Shown: positions 9,477 to 19,737, numbered from the stretch's first letter. The stretch: DNA of 64,000 bases from Gammaproteobacteria bacterium (GCA_041488375.1 JBGPPD010000002.1:3823-67822), one strand, 5' to 3'. Numbers and translations: made by a program. The notes: generated by a model not told the origin, from the sequence alone.

Positions 9477-11147
9477 ATCGGTGATCGCGCCTTTGGAGGC
9501 GGTGGACACCAGCTTCATGTACTTGGCCATGAGCCCTTTGGTGTAGCGCGGCTTGGGCGCCTTCCACTTCTTTCGGCGCGCGGCGAGCTCTTTCGCCGGC
9601 ACGTTGAGCTGGAGGAGGTGTTTCTTCGCATCGATGGTGATCGAGTCGCCCTCCTTCACCAGCGCGATGGTGCCCCCGACATAGGCTTCGGGAGCGACGT
9701 GGCCAACCACCATGCCCCAAGTTCCGCCGGAGAATCGCGCGTCGGTCAGCAGCCCTACCGATTCTCCAAGTCCTTGGCCTGTAAGAGCAGAAGTGGGCGC
9801 TAGCATCTCTTGCATCCCTGGCCCCCCTTTCGGCCCTTCATAGCGGATCACGATCACGTCACCCGGCTTGATCCGCTTGGCCAGGATGGCTTTCATGCAG
9901 TCGGGCTCGGAATCGAACACGCGCGCCGGTCCAGTGATCGAGGTCTTCTTCAGCCCGGTGATCTTCGCGACGCAACCCTCGGGCGCGAGGTTACCTTTGA
10001 GGATCGCAAGGTGACCCTGCGCATACATGGGATTGGACCAGGGACGGATCACGTCCTGGTCGCGTCGCGGCTCCGCAGGCACGTCCTTCAGCATTTCGGC
10101 CATTGTCTTGCCGTGAATGGTCAAGCACTCGCCGTGCAGCACGCCGTTGGCCAGAAGGATCTTCAACACCTGCGGCACGCCGCCCGCGCGATGAAAATCC
10201 ACCGCTACGTAACGCCCCGAGGGCTTCAGGTCGCACAGCACCGGCACCTTGCGGCGCACGCGCTCGAAATCGTCGATGGTCCATTTGACGCCGGCGGCCG
10301 AGGCAATCGCGAGGTAATGCAGCACGGCGTTGGTCGAGCCGCCGGTCGCCATCACCAGGGCCACCGCGTTCTCGATGGACTTGCGCGTGATGATGTCGCG
10401 CGGCCGCAGGTTTTTCTTCACCGCTTCCACCAGCACGCGCGCGGATTCAGCCGCGCTGTCCGCCTTCTCCGCGTCGGGCGAGGCCATCTGCGAAGAGCCC
10501 AGCAGGCTCATGCCGAGCGCCTCGAACGACGAGGACATCGTATTGGCGGTGAACATGCCGCCGCAGGCGCCGACCGAGGGGCAGGCGTTCTTCTCGATGC
10601 CGACGAAGTCCTCCTCGTTCATCTTGCCGGCGCTGAAGGCGCCCACCGCCTCGAAGGCGGAGACGATGGTGAGGTCCTGCCCCTTCCACTTGCCCGGCTT
10701 GATGGTCCCCGCGTAGACGAAAATACCGGGCACGTTCATGCGCGCGAGCGCCATCATGCCGCCCGGCATGTTCTTGTCGCAGCCGCCCACCACCAGCGCG
10801 CCGTCCATCGCCTGGCCGTTGACCGAGGTCTCGATGGCGTCGGCGATCACCTCGCGCGATACCAGCGAGTACTTCATCGCCTCGGTGCCCATGCCGATGC
10901 CGTCGGTGACGGTCGGCACGCCGAACACCTGCGGCTTCGCGCCTGCGCCTTCCAGCGCCGCCATGGCGCGGTCCACCAGCGGCTGGATGCCGGCGTTGCA
11001 CGGGTTCATGGTGGAGTGGCCATTCGCCACGCCGATGATCGGCTTGTCGAAGTCGCCGTTCTTGAAGCCCACGGCGCGCAGCATCGCGCGGTTGGGCGAG
11101 CGCGCGACGCCCTGGGTGATCAGGCGGGAGCGGCGGTTGTCGGCCAT
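9465..11147 (-). CDS. ilvD: dihydroxy-acid dehydratase
   Basis: ORF 9465..11360 trimmed to the ATG at 11147 ([28 protein letters not shown]), preceded by GGAGG. Conserved IlvD/Edd sequence throughout. Confidence 0.92.
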   Translation of the reverse strand: MADNRRSRLITQGVARSPNRAMLRAVGFKNGDFDKPIIGVANGHSTMNPCNAGIQPLVDRAMAALEGAGAKPQVFGVPTVTDGIGMGTEAMKYSLVSREVIADAIETSVNGQAMDGALVVGGCDKNMPGGMMALARMNVPGIFVYAGTIKPGKWKGQDLTIVSAFEAVGAFSAGKMNEEDFVGIEKNACPSVGACGGMFTANTMSSSFEALGMSLLGSSQMASPDAEKADSAAESARVLVEAVKKNLRPRDIITRKSIENAVALVMATGGSTNAVLHYLAIASAAGVKWTIDDFERVRRKVPVLCDLKPSGRYVAVDFHRAGGVPQVLKILLANGVLHGECLTIHGKTMAEMLKDVPAEPRRDQDVIRPWSNPMYAQGHLAILKGNLAPEGCVAKITGLKKTSITGPARVFDSEPDCMKAILAKRIKPGDVIVIRYEGPKGGPGMQEMLAPTSALTGQGLGESVGLLTDARFSGGTWGMVVGHVAPEAYVGGTIALVKEGDSITIDAKKHLLQLNVPAKELAARRKKWKAPKPRYTKGLMAKYMKLVSTASKGAITDSEP

Positions 11148-11165
11148 GGGGTGTTTCCTCCGGAC

Positions 11166-11183
11166 GTAGAATGCAAATTCTAC
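11166..11183. promoter_or_regulatory. AT-rich palindrome GTAGAAT-GCAA-ATTCTAC in the 37-bp ilvD/lgt divergent gap (possible face-to-face -10 elements or an operator)
   Basis: Read directly. TAGAAT appears on both strands. Confidence 0.35.
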
Positions 11184-11184
11184 C

Positions 11185-11961
11185 GTGCTCGTCCACCCGA
11201 ACTTCGACCCGATCGCGATCTCCATCGGCCCGCTCGCCGTGCGCTGGTATGGGCTCATGTACCTGGCGGCCTTCGGCATGCTGTGGTGGCTGGGCCGGCG
11301 CCGCATCGCGGCGAGCCATGCCCCGCTCACGCAGCAGCAGTTCGACGACCTGATCTTCATCGGCGTACTCGGGGTACTGCTGGGCGGACGCCTCGGTTAT
11401 GTCCTGTTCTACAAGCCCGCGTACTACGCGGTCCACCCGCTGGAGATTCTGGCCATCTGGCACGGCGGCATGGCGTTCCACGGCGGCTTTCTCGGCGTGC
11501 TAATCGCCGTGGGCTACTACGCGTGGCGGCAACGGCTGGATTGGTGGCGCCTGATGGACTTCGTCGCGCCGCTCGTGCCGCCGGGGCTCGCGGCGGGGCG
11601 GCTGGGCAACTTCATCAACGGCGAGCTCTGGGGCAGGCCCACGGACCTCCCCTGGGGGATGGTGTTCCGCGGCGCGGGCGATACGCCGCGCCATCCCTCC
11701 CAGATCTACCAGTTCGCGCTCGAGGGGATGCTGCTGTTCGCGCTGTTGTGGTGGTACTCCTCGAAACCCCGTGCGCGCGGCGCGGTCTCAGCCCTGTTCC
11801 TCTTCGGCTATGGCGTATTCCGCTTCCTTGCCGAGTTCGCACGCGAGCCCGACGACTTCCTGGGGCTGCTCGCCTTGGGCCTGTCGATGGGCCAGTGGCT
11901 GAGCCTGCCGATGATCGCTGCGGGCATCGCGCTTTTTCTATGGAGTCGAAAACAACCATGA
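11185..11961 (+). CDS. lgt: prolipoprotein diacylglyceryl transferase
   Basis: GTG start. N-terminus [21 protein letters not shown] and [16 protein letters not shown] are Lgt signatures. Confidence 0.9.
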   Translation: MLVHPNFDPIAISIGPLAVRWYGLMYLAAFGMLWWLGRRRIAASHAPLTQQQFDDLIFIGVLGVLLGGRLGYVLFYKPAYYAVHPLEILAIWHGGMAFHGGFLGVLIAVGYYAWRQRLDWWRLMDFVAPLVPPGLAAGRLGNFINGELWGRPTDLPWGMVFRGAGDTPRHPSQIYQFALEGMLLFALLWWYSSKPRARGAVSALFLFGYGVFRFLAEFAREPDDFLGLLALGLSMGQWLSLPMIAAGIALFLWSRKQP

Positions 11962-12917
11962 AATGGCTCGCCTGGCTGCTGCTCGCGCCGGCACTCTGTG
12001 CCCAGGCGCAGGCCCCCGGCGCGCAGGCCATCGACATCCCCGCCTGGTTCACGGAATCATTCCTCGAGTTCCCGGAGGACGTGAAGGAGGCGGCGCGCGA
12101 CGGCAAGCGCCTGATGGTTTACTTCGGCCAGGACGGCTGCCCCTACTGCAAGCAGCTGATGCAAACCAACTTCACGCAGCGCGCCATCGTCGAGAAGACG
12201 CGCAAGCACTTCGTGGCGGTCGCACTCAACATCTGGGGCGATCGCGAGGTGCAGTGGACCGACCGGCGCAGGATGAGCGAGAAGGAACTGACGCGCACGC
12301 TCAAGATCCAATACACGCCGACGCTGCTGTTCCTGGACGAGAACGGCGCGATCGTCGCGAGGCTCAACGGCTACTACCCGCCGCACCGCTTCACGGCAGC
12401 GCTCGACTATGCCGCCGGCCGCGCCGGCGCAGGCGTGCGCTTCGAGGAGTTCATGCAGACGGCCGTGAAGGATTCCGCGAGCCCCACGCTGCATGACCAG
12501 CCGTTCTTTCGCAAACTGCCTGCCGAGTTGCAAGGCGCGAAGCCCGTGGCGCTCTTGTTCGAGACGCCCTACTGCACGGGGTGCGACGAATTGCACGGCG
12601 AAGGATTCCAGCGGCCGGAAGTGCGCGCGCTGCTGGGGCGATTCGACGTGTACCGCCTCACGCTCGATGACCGGCGCGACTCCGCCGAAACCTGGGCGGG
12701 TGCGTTGCGCGTTGCCTATACGCCGACCATCGTGTTCTTCGACGGCGGCAAGGAAGTTTTCCGCGTCGAGGCTTACCTGCGCCCGTTCCACCTCGCCTCC
12801 GCACTCGAGTACGTGGCGAGCGGCGCTTACCGCAAGGAGGCCTCGTTCCAGCGCTTCATCCAGGCGCGTGCCGAGCGCATGCGCGCGCGCGGACAGAGCG
12901 TGGATTTGTGGGAATAG
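11958..12917 (+). CDS. secreted tandem thioredoxin-fold protein (two CxxC domains)
   Basis: Last 319 codons of ORF 9810..12917. The ATG at 11958 overlaps the lgt stop (ATGA). Signal peptide [17 protein letters not shown]. Redox motifs CPYC and CTGC sit in two similar halves. Confidence 0.75.
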   Translation: MKWLAWLLLAPALCAQAQAPGAQAIDIPAWFTESFLEFPEDVKEAARDGKRLMVYFGQDGCPYCKQLMQTNFTQRAIVEKTRKHFVAVALNIWGDREVQWTDRRRMSEKELTRTLKIQYTPTLLFLDENGAIVARLNGYYPPHRFTAALDYAAGRAGAGVRFEEFMQTAVKDSASPTLHDQPFFRKLPAELQGAKPVALLFETPYCTGCDELHGEGFQRPEVRALLGRFDVYRLTLDDRRDSAETWAGALRVAYTPTIVFFDGGKEVFRVEAYLRPFHLASALEYVASGAYRKEASFQRFIQARAERMRARGQSVDLWE

Positions 12918-12921
12918 CGGC

Positions 12922-15741
12922 CTAGGCGACGAGCGCGCGCTCCAGCACGCGCGCCACGTGCAGGGCGCGCCGCTCGGTGCCGTCGGCGATCTGGTGGCGG
13001 CAGCTGGTGCCGTCGGCGACGATCAGCGTCTCGGCGCCGGCCTGGCGCACCGCGGGCAGCAGGGTCAGCTCGGCCATTTTCATCGATATCTCGTAGTGCT
13101 CGGCCTCGTAGCCGAAGCTGCCCGCCATGCCGCAGCAGCTCGATTCGACGCTCGACACCTTGAGGCCGGGTACCAGGGACAGCACGCGTTGCACCGCGCC
13201 CATCGCGCCGAACGCCTTCTGGTGGCAGTGGCCGTGCAGCAGCGCTTGCTGCTCGAGCGGCTTGAGCTTGAGCTGCAGCCGCCCGCCTTCCGCTTCCCGC
13301 GCGAGGAATTCCTCGAACAGAAACGCATTCGCCGCCAGCGCCTTGGTCTCCGGCAGCAGGACCGTGTACTCGTCGCGCAGCGTGTACAGGCAGGAAGGTT
13401 CGAGACCCAGGATCGGTACGCCGTTCGCGACCCACGGCTTCAGGGCGTCGATCAGGCGCTGCGCCTCGCGCTTGGCCTCTTCCACCAGGCCGGCCGAGAG
13501 GAAAGTCCGGCCGCAGCACAAGGGCCGCTGGCCGAAGGTGGGTTGCGCAACGTGCACCCGGTAGCCGGCTGCCTCCAGCACGCGCACCGCGGCGCGCGCG
13601 TTCTCCGGCTCGAAGTAACGGTTGAAGGTATCCACCAGCAGCACCACCTCGCGGCCGCCGCGCTTGGTCCACACCCGGTCGACGAAGTAGTTGGCCCGCC
13701 ATGCAGGCAGCGCGCGCCGCGTGGAGAACCCGAGCGCGGACCTTGACCAGCGCGAGACCAGGTTCGCGACCGGGGCCAGGCGCGCCGCCCAAGGCGCGTA
13801 GCGCGGCAGCCAGGCGATAGCGCGGTCGCGCAGCGAGAGGCCGTGGCGCGCCTTGTAGTGGGCGAGGAACTCGAGCTTCATGCGCGCCATGTCCACGCCG
13901 GTCGGGCACTCGCGCTTGCAGCCCTTGCAGGACACGCACAGGTCGAGGGCCTGCTGCACGTCCGCCTCGGCGTTCGCTCCCAACTGGCCCGACAGGGCGA
14001 GGCGCAGCGTGTTGGCGCGGCCGCGCGTGAGATGGGCCTCGTCGCGCGTGACGCGGTAGGACGGGCACATGGTGCCGGCGTCGAACTTTCGGCAGTGGCC
14101 GTTGTTGTTGCACATCTCCACGGCCTTGTCGACGCCGCCCCACTCCGACCAGTCGAGCACCGGGATCGGCGCTTTGGCCGCGTAACCCGGCGGAAAGCGG
14201 AACAGGCGCGCGTCGTCCATCTTCGATGGATTGACGATCTTGCCCGGGTTCATCAGGCCCTTGGGGTCGAGCCAGGACTTGATTTCGCCCAGGCAGGCGG
14301 TGAGCCGCGGGCCGAAGAACGGCGCGATCCACTCCGAGCGCACCAGTCCGTCGCCGTGCTCGCCCGAGTAGGCGCCCTTGTATTGCTTGACCATGGCGCA
14401 GGCTTCCTCGGCGATGGCGCGCATCTTGGCGGCGTCGCCGGCCCGCATGTCGAGGATCGGCCGCACGTGCAGCGTGCCGACAGAGGCATGCGCGTACCAG
14501 GTGCCGCGCGTGCCGTGCTTCGCGAACACCTGCGTCAGGCGGTCCGTGTATTCGGCGAGGTGCTCGAGCGGCACCGCGCAGTCCTCGATGAAGGACACCG
14601 GCTTGCCGTCGCCCTTGATCGACATCATGATGTTGAGGCCGGCCTTGCGCACTTCCCACAGGTCCCTCTGCAATTTCGCTTCGGTCACTTCGACCACGCT
14701 GCCCGGCAGGCCGAGGTCGGCCATCAGCTGCACCAGCTGCTTCAGCTTCGCGACTTGCGCCGCAGCATCATCGCCCGAGAACTCGACCAGCAGGATCGCG
14801 TCCGGCTCGCCGCGGATCACCGTGTCCACCGTGGCGCGAAATGCCGCGATGTCGCGCGCCAGGCCGATCATCGTGCGATCCACCAGCTCCACTGCCGAAG
14901 GTCCGAGCTTGACGATGTGCTGCGTGAGGTCCATCGCCGTGTGGAACTTGGGGAAGCGGCATACGCCGAGCACCCTGTGCGCGGGGAGCGGGCTCAACTT
15001 GAGGCGGATGCGCTCGAACCAGGCGAGCGTGCCTTCCGAGCCGACCAGCAGGTGGGCCGAGTTCTCGTACGGCGGGCCGAGGTGGTCCAGGTTGTAGCCG
15101 GCGACCCGGCGCAGCACCTTGGGAAAGCGCACTGCGATCTCTTCCTTCTCGCGCTCGTAGAGCGCACGCAGCTTCCTCGTCAGTTCCGAGTCGTCGGTCA
15201 TCGGGCCGAAACGCCGTGCGCGGCCGTCGCTGGTGACGGCGTCGATGGCGTGCACGTTGTGCACCATGTTGCCGTAGGCGATCGAGCGCGAGCCGCAGGA
15301 GTTGTTGCCCGCCATGCCCCCCAGCGTCGCCTGCGCGCTGGTGGAGACGTCCACGGGAAACCACAGGCCGTGCGGGCGCAGTTGCGCGTTCAGGGCGTCC
15401 AGCACCAGCCCGGGCTGCACCAGGGCGCTGCGTTGTCCGGCGTCGACTTCGAGCAGGCGGTCGAGGTGCTTGGAGCCGTCGATGACCAGTGCCGCGCCCA
15501 CCGTCTGTCCGCATTGCGAACTGCCGGCGCCGCGCGGGAGCACCGGCACGCCGGACTCGACGGCGATGGCGAGCGCCGTGCGCGCCGCTTCCTCGGTGCG
15601 CGGCAGCACCACGCCGAGCGGCATCACTTGATAGATCGAGGCATCGGTGGCGTAGCGGCCGCGGGAAGCGGCGTCGAACAGGATCTCCCCGTCGACTTCC
15701 TTGTGCAGCCGGTGCGCAAGCGGGGACGACGCTTCGCTCAT
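12922..15741 (-). CDS. FAD-linked oxidase fused to a 4Fe-4S / CCG-domain module (YdiJ / D-2-hydroxyacid dehydrogenase-like)
   Basis: 939 aa. N-terminal FAD-binding PCMH-type domain (PRGAGSS), ferredoxin motif CVSCKGCKRECP, C-terminal Cys-rich CCG repeats. The start overlaps the gntR stop by 4 nt. Confidence 0.8.
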   Translation of the reverse strand: MSEASSPLAHRLHKEVDGEILFDAASRGRYATDASIYQVMPLGVVLPRTEEAARTALAIAVESGVPVLPRGAGSSQCGQTVGAALVIDGSKHLDRLLEVDAGQRSALVQPGLVLDALNAQLRPHGLWFPVDVSTSAQATLGGMAGNNSCGSRSIAYGNMVHNVHAIDAVTSDGRARRFGPMTDDSELTRKLRALYEREKEEIAVRFPKVLRRVAGYNLDHLGPPYENSAHLLVGSEGTLAWFERIRLKLSPLPAHRVLGVCRFPKFHTAMDLTQHIVKLGPSAVELVDRTMIGLARDIAAFRATVDTVIRGEPDAILLVEFSGDDAAAQVAKLKQLVQLMADLGLPGSVVEVTEAKLQRDLWEVRKAGLNIMMSIKGDGKPVSFIEDCAVPLEHLAEYTDRLTQVFAKHGTRGTWYAHASVGTLHVRPILDMRAGDAAKMRAIAEEACAMVKQYKGAYSGEHGDGLVRSEWIAPFFGPRLTACLGEIKSWLDPKGLMNPGKIVNPSKMDDARLFRFPPGYAAKAPIPVLDWSEWGGVDKAVEMCNNNGHCRKFDAGTMCPSYRVTRDEAHLTRGRANTLRLALSGQLGANAEADVQQALDLCVSCKGCKRECPTGVDMARMKLEFLAHYKARHGLSLRDRAIAWLPRYAPWAARLAPVANLVSRWSRSALGFSTRRALPAWRANYFVDRVWTKRGGREVVLLVDTFNRYFEPENARAAVRVLEAAGYRVHVAQPTFGQRPLCCGRTFLSAGLVEEAKREAQRLIDALKPWVANGVPILGLEPSCLYTLRDEYTVLLPETKALAANAFLFEEFLAREAEGGRLQLKLKPLEQQALLHGHCHQKAFGAMGAVQRVLSLVPGLKVSSVESSCCGMAGSFGYEAEHYEISMKMAELTLLPAVRQAGAETLIVADGTSCRHQIADGTERRALHVARVLERALVA

Positions 15742-16427
15742 GCTGCCTCGCGCGCCGGCGCCGCCCGCAGATCGGCCAGCACGCTCGAGAGCTTGTGCGC
15801 CAGATGGTCCGCAAGCAGCGCCTTGATGCGGACCACGTCGCGCGCAGCGAGCGCCTCGAGGATCTCGCCGTGCTCACGCACCGCGGCGTCCCAACGCTCC
15901 TGCGACAGGTTCGCCATGTAGCGTGCGCGGCGCACGTTCGCGTTCAGTTGCCGGTAGGTGTTGTAGAGCACCGTGTTGCCGGAGTATTTCACGATCTTCA
16001 GGTGGATCGCCTGGTTGAACTTGAAGTAGCCGGCAAGGTCGCTGCGCGCGTGGTTGGCGAGCATCTCCTGGTGCAGCAAGCGGATCTCGTTGATCTGGCC
16101 GTCGCTCGCTTTGACGCAGGCGAATTCGCCGGCGAGCGCCTCGAGCGCGCCCATCACCGCCAGGGTCTCCGCCAGCCGGACGGCATCGATCTCGGAAACG
16201 ATCGCGCCGCGGTTCGGCAGCAACTCGACCAAGCCTTCGGTAGCGAGTACCTTGAAAGCCTCGCGCAGCGGGGTGCGTGACACGCCAATCTGCGCGGTAA
16301 GCAGTCGCTCGTTCAAGCGGACCCCGGGGGCGAGTCGCCCTTGGACAATCAGGTCGCGCAGCCTGTCCGCAGCTTCCTCGTGCAGGGGCCGACGGGTGAT
16401 GGAAGTGATGTCTTGCGAGAATGTCAT
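15738..16427 (-). CDS. GntR-family (FadR/FCD subfamily) transcriptional regulator
   Basis: ORF 15738..16457 trimmed to the ATG at 16427. Winged-HTH N-terminus (LNERLLTAQIGVSRTPLREAFKVL) followed by an all-helical C-terminal domain. Confidence 0.85.
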   Translation of the reverse strand: MTFSQDITSITRRPLHEEAADRLRDLIVQGRLAPGVRLNERLLTAQIGVSRTPLREAFKVLATEGLVELLPNRGAIVSEIDAVRLAETLAVMGALEALAGEFACVKASDGQINEIRLLHQEMLANHARSDLAGYFKFNQAIHLKIVKYSGNTVLYNTYRQLNANVRRARYMANLSQERWDAAVREHGEILEALAARDVVRIKALLADHLAHKLSSVLADLRAAPAREAA

Positions 16428-16487
16428 TTTGCATGCAGAATACAAAACTTCGTCCAAAATAGCAACTTAAGCTTCTATTGTGGTGAG

Positions 16488-16499
16488 TTTGTATACAAA
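16488..16499. promoter_or_regulatory. candidate GntR operator TTTGTATACAAA
   Basis: Perfect 12-bp palindrome with a GT...AC core, 14 nt upstream of the aminotransferase ATG, in an AT-rich divergent gap. A TACAAA half-site lies near 16441. Confidence 0.5.
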
Positions 16500-16513
16500 A
16501 TGAGGAGATTTGG

Positions 16514-17710
16514 ATGAAGAGGACCGCTGGCCGTCATTTCCTGCAGATTCCGGGACCGACCAACGTACCCGACCGGGTCCTGCGCGCGATCGACCTCCCG
16601 ACCATGGACCACCGCGGGCCGGATTTCGCCGAACTCGGCAAGGCGGTCCTCGACGGCATGAAGCGCGTCTTCAAGACCAAGGGCCAGGTGGTGATCTATC
16701 CCGCCTCCGGCACCGGCGCCTGGGAAGCCGCGCTCGTCAACACGCTCTCGCCCGGCGACCAGGTCCTGATGTACGAGACGGGGCACTTCGCGAGCCTGTG
16801 GCAGAAGATGGCCGCAAAGCTCGGGCTGCAGCCAGAGTTCCTCGCGGGCGACTGGCGGACCGGGGCGGACCCGGCTGCCGTCGAAAGGCGCCTGCGCGAG
16901 GACGCCGGCCATCGCCTCAAGGCAGTCTGCGTTGTGCACAACGAGACTTCGACTGGCGTCACTTCACGCATCGGCGAAGTGCGCAAGGCGATCGACGCGG
17001 CAAGACATCCCGCGCTGTTGATGGTGGACACCATCTCGTCGCTCGCGTCGATCGACTACCGGCACGACGAGTGGGGCGTGGACGTCACCGTCGGCGGCTC
17101 GCAGAAGGGCTTGATGCTGCCGCCGGGGCTGTCCTTCAATGCAATTTCCGACAAGGCGCTGGCCGCTGCCAGGTTGGCGAAGCTGCCGCGCGCCTACTGG
17201 GGATGGGAGGAAATGATCGCCAACGGCAAGGCGGGCTATTTCCCCTACACGCCCGCCACCAACCTGCTCTACGGCCTGCGCGAAGCGCTGAAGATGCTGC
17301 TGGACGAAGAGGGCCTCGACAACGTCTTCGCGAGACACCAGCGCCACGCGGAAGCCACGCGCCGCGCAGTGCGCGCCTGGGGGCTGGAAGTGCTGGCGAC
17401 GAATCCCGCCGAATACAGCGGGGCGCTCACCGCGGTTCTGCTGCCGGCGGGACACGACGCCGACCGGGTACGCAAGATCATCCTCGAGCATTTCGACATG
17501 TCGCTCGGCACGGGCCTCGGCAAGCTCGCGGGCAAGGTGTTCCGCATCGGCCACTTGGGCGACCTCAACGACCTGACGCTGATGGGCACGCTGGCGGGCG
17601 TCGAGATGGGCCTGCAGCTCGCGGGAGTGCCCGCCAAGCAAGCCGGCGTGCAGGCCGCCATGCAATACCTCGCCTCGGTCCACGCGGCCGAGAAGCGCGC
17701 GGCGGCATGA
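16514..17710 (+). CDS. class V aminotransferase (serine-glyoxylate / alanine-glyoxylate / serine-pyruvate type)
   Basis: 398 aa. The N-terminus (GRHFLQIPGPTNVPDRVLRA) and the SQKGLMLPPG PLP-lysine region are typical of this family. Confidence 0.85.
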   Translation: MKRTAGRHFLQIPGPTNVPDRVLRAIDLPTMDHRGPDFAELGKAVLDGMKRVFKTKGQVVIYPASGTGAWEAALVNTLSPGDQVLMYETGHFASLWQKMAAKLGLQPEFLAGDWRTGADPAAVERRLREDAGHRLKAVCVVHNETSTGVTSRIGEVRKAIDAARHPALLMVDTISSLASIDYRHDEWGVDVTVGGSQKGLMLPPGLSFNAISDKALAAARLAKLPRAYWGWEEMIANGKAGYFPYTPATNLLYGLREALKMLLDEEGLDNVFARHQRHAEATRRAVRAWGLEVLATNPAEYSGALTAVLLPAGHDADRVRKIILEHFDMSLGTGLGKLAGKVFRIGHLGDLNDLTLMGTLAGVEMGLQLAGVPAKQAGVQAAMQYLASVHAAEKRAAA

Positions 17711-18486
17711 GCGAGCCGGTCTACGTCGAGCGCGACGGCGACCTCGCCACCGTCGTCCTCAACCGGCCGGAGCGCATGAATGCGCTCGACAAGGCGATGT
17801 GGATGCGCCTGGGCGCCGCCATGCGCGAGCTCGGCGCGGACGAGCACCTGCGCTGCATCGTGTTGCGCGGCGCGGGCGGCAAGGCGTTTGCCGCGGGCGC
17901 CGACATCAGCGAGTTCGCCAACGAGCGCGCCAACGCCGCGCAGGCAAGACGCTACGGCGAGGACGTCGCCGGCTCGATGCGCGCGCTGGCGGCGTGCCGC
18001 CATCCCACCGTGGCGCTGATCGAAGGCGCTTGCGTGGGCGGAGGGCTGCTCGTCGCCTCGCAATGCGATCTCAGGATCTGCAACGAGTCGGCGCGCTTCG
18101 GCGTGCCGGTGAAGAACCTCGGCCTCACCGAAGCCTACGACGAGCTGCAGGGCATGCTGCGCGTGCTCGGGGCCGCGGCGAGCCTCGAGATCCTGCTCGA
18201 GGGGCGCATTTGGGGCGCTCGCGAAGCCTACGAGAAGGGGCTCGTCAGCCGTGTGGTCCCGGATGCCGAGGTGGTCAAGGAAGCCTACGCCGCTGCGCGG
18301 CGCGTCGCGGACGGCGCGCCGCTGGTGGCGCGCTGGCACAAGAAATTCATCCGCCGGCTGGCCGATCCCCGCCCACTCAGCACGGAGGAAACCGCCGAGA
18401 GCTACGCCTGTTTCGACACTGAGGACTTCCGCATCGGCTATCGGGCGTTCCTGGACAAGAAGAAGCCGCAGTTCAGCGGGCGCTAA
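17707..18486 (+). CDS. enoyl-CoA hydratase/isomerase (crotonase) family protein
   Basis: Tail of ORF 16510..18486. The ATG at 17707 overlaps the upstream stop (ATGA). Motifs LNRPERMNAL and GAGGKAFAAGADI. Confidence 0.85.
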   Translation: MSEPVYVERDGDLATVVLNRPERMNALDKAMWMRLGAAMRELGADEHLRCIVLRGAGGKAFAAGADISEFANERANAAQARRYGEDVAGSMRALAACRHPTVALIEGACVGGGLLVASQCDLRICNESARFGVPVKNLGLTEAYDELQGMLRVLGAAASLEILLEGRIWGAREAYEKGLVSRVVPDAEVVKEAYAAARRVADGAPLVARWHKKFIRRLADPRPLSTEETAESYACFDTEDFRIGYRAFLDKKKPQFSGR

Positions 18487-18509
18487 GGCGCGCTGACTCG
18501 GCCAGCAGC

Positions 18510-19727
18510 CTAGATCGCGCCCTCGGCGCGCAGCGCCGCGATCTGCGCGGGGCTCCTGCCGAGGCGCTCGCGCAGGATCTGCTCGGTGTGCTCGCCGAGC
18601 GTCGGCGGCGCGAGCTTGTATTCCAGCGGCGTGCCCGAAAAGCGCATCGGGCTCGCCACCGTCGGCAGCTTGCCGGCCACCGGGTGGTCCAATTCGACGC
18701 GCACGCCGCGCGCGCGCACCTGCGGCTCCTCGAATACCTGCGCCAGGTCGTTGATCGGCCCGTTGGGCACGCCAGCGGCTTCCAGCCGCGCCAGCCACTC
18801 GTGCGTGGAGCGGGTCGCGAAGATGTCCTGCAGCAGCCGCGTCAGTTCAGCGCGGTTCTCCACCCGCTTGCCGTTGGTGGCGAAACGCGCATCGCCGGCC
18901 AGTTCCGGGCAGCCGGCCGCGTCGCAGAACTTGCGGTAGAGATTGTCGTTGCCGCAGGCGATGATGACCTCGCCGTCGGCGGTGCGAAACGGCTGGTAGG
19001 GCACGATGTTCGGGTGCAGGTTGCCGATGCGCGCCGGCGGCTTGCCGGTCGCGAAGTAGTTGGTGTTCTGGTAGGCCAGCAGCGCAATCTGCGAATCCAG
19101 CAGCGCGAGGTCGAGATGCTGTCCCTTGCCGGATTCCGCGCGATGCGCGAGCGCCGCGCAGATGGCGATCGAGGCGTACATGCCGGTGATGATGTCGGCA
19201 ACTGGAACTCCCGCGCGCATCGGCTCGCCGCCAGGCTCGCCGGAGACGCTCATCATGCCGCCCATGCCCTGGATCATGAAGTCGTAGCCCGGTCGCTCGC
19301 GGTACGGCCCGGTCTGGCCGAACCCGGTGACCGAGCAGTAGATGAGCTGCGGGTTGAGGCCCTGCAGGTCGTCGTAGCCCAGCCCGTAGCGCGCTAAGTC
19401 GCCGACCTTGTAGTTCTCGATCAGGACGTCGCTGGATCGGGCGAGTTCCCTGATGAGCGCCTGGCCCGCCGGACTCGAGATGTTGACCGTGACCGACTTC
19501 TTGCCGCGGTTGGCGGAGGTGAAATAGGCGGAGTCCTTCGTGTCCCGGCCTGCGCGGTCCTTCACCCAAGGCGGCCCAAAGGCGCGCGAATCGTCGCCGA
19601 TCTTCGGCCGTTCGATCTTGATCACTTCCGCGCCCAGGTCGGCGAGGTTCTGCCCGGCCCAGGGCCCGGCCAGTACGCGCGACAGATCGAGCACCCGGAT
19701 ATGCGACAACGGTCCTGCCATGTTCAT
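18510..19727 (-). CDS. family III CoA-transferase (CaiB/BaiF/Frc type)
   Basis: 405 aa. N-terminus GPLSHIRVLDLSRVLAGPWAGQNLADLGAEVIKIE is the family hallmark. Confidence 0.88.
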   Translation of the reverse strand: MNMAGPLSHIRVLDLSRVLAGPWAGQNLADLGAEVIKIERPKIGDDSRAFGPPWVKDRAGRDTKDSAYFTSANRGKKSVTVNISSPAGQALIRELARSSDVLIENYKVGDLARYGLGYDDLQGLNPQLIYCSVTGFGQTGPYRERPGYDFMIQGMGGMMSVSGEPGGEPMRAGVPVADIITGMYASIAICAALAHRAESGKGQHLDLALLDSQIALLAYQNTNYFATGKPPARIGNLHPNIVPYQPFRTADGEVIIACGNDNLYRKFCDAAGCPELAGDARFATNGKRVENRAELTRLLQDIFATRSTHEWLARLEAAGVPNGPINDLAQVFEEPQVRARGVRVELDHPVAGKLPTVASPMRFSGTPLEYKLAPPTLGEHTEQILRERLGRSPAQIAALRAEGAI

Positions 19728-19737
19728 GTCCCCCTTG

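Noticed and set aside
9810-11957. N-terminal 716 codons of the 1035-aa ORF 9810..12917
   Set aside because: This part is antisense to ilvD and out of frame with lgt. Only the last 319 codons (signal peptide plus two thioredoxin-like halves) look like a real protein.
16510-17706. Apparent 658-aa fusion ORF 16510..18486 spanning the aminotransferase and the enoyl-CoA hydratase
   Set aside because: The first 399 codons are an alternative frame of the aminotransferase gene with a nonsense-like composition. The hydratase starts at the ATGA junction at 17707.
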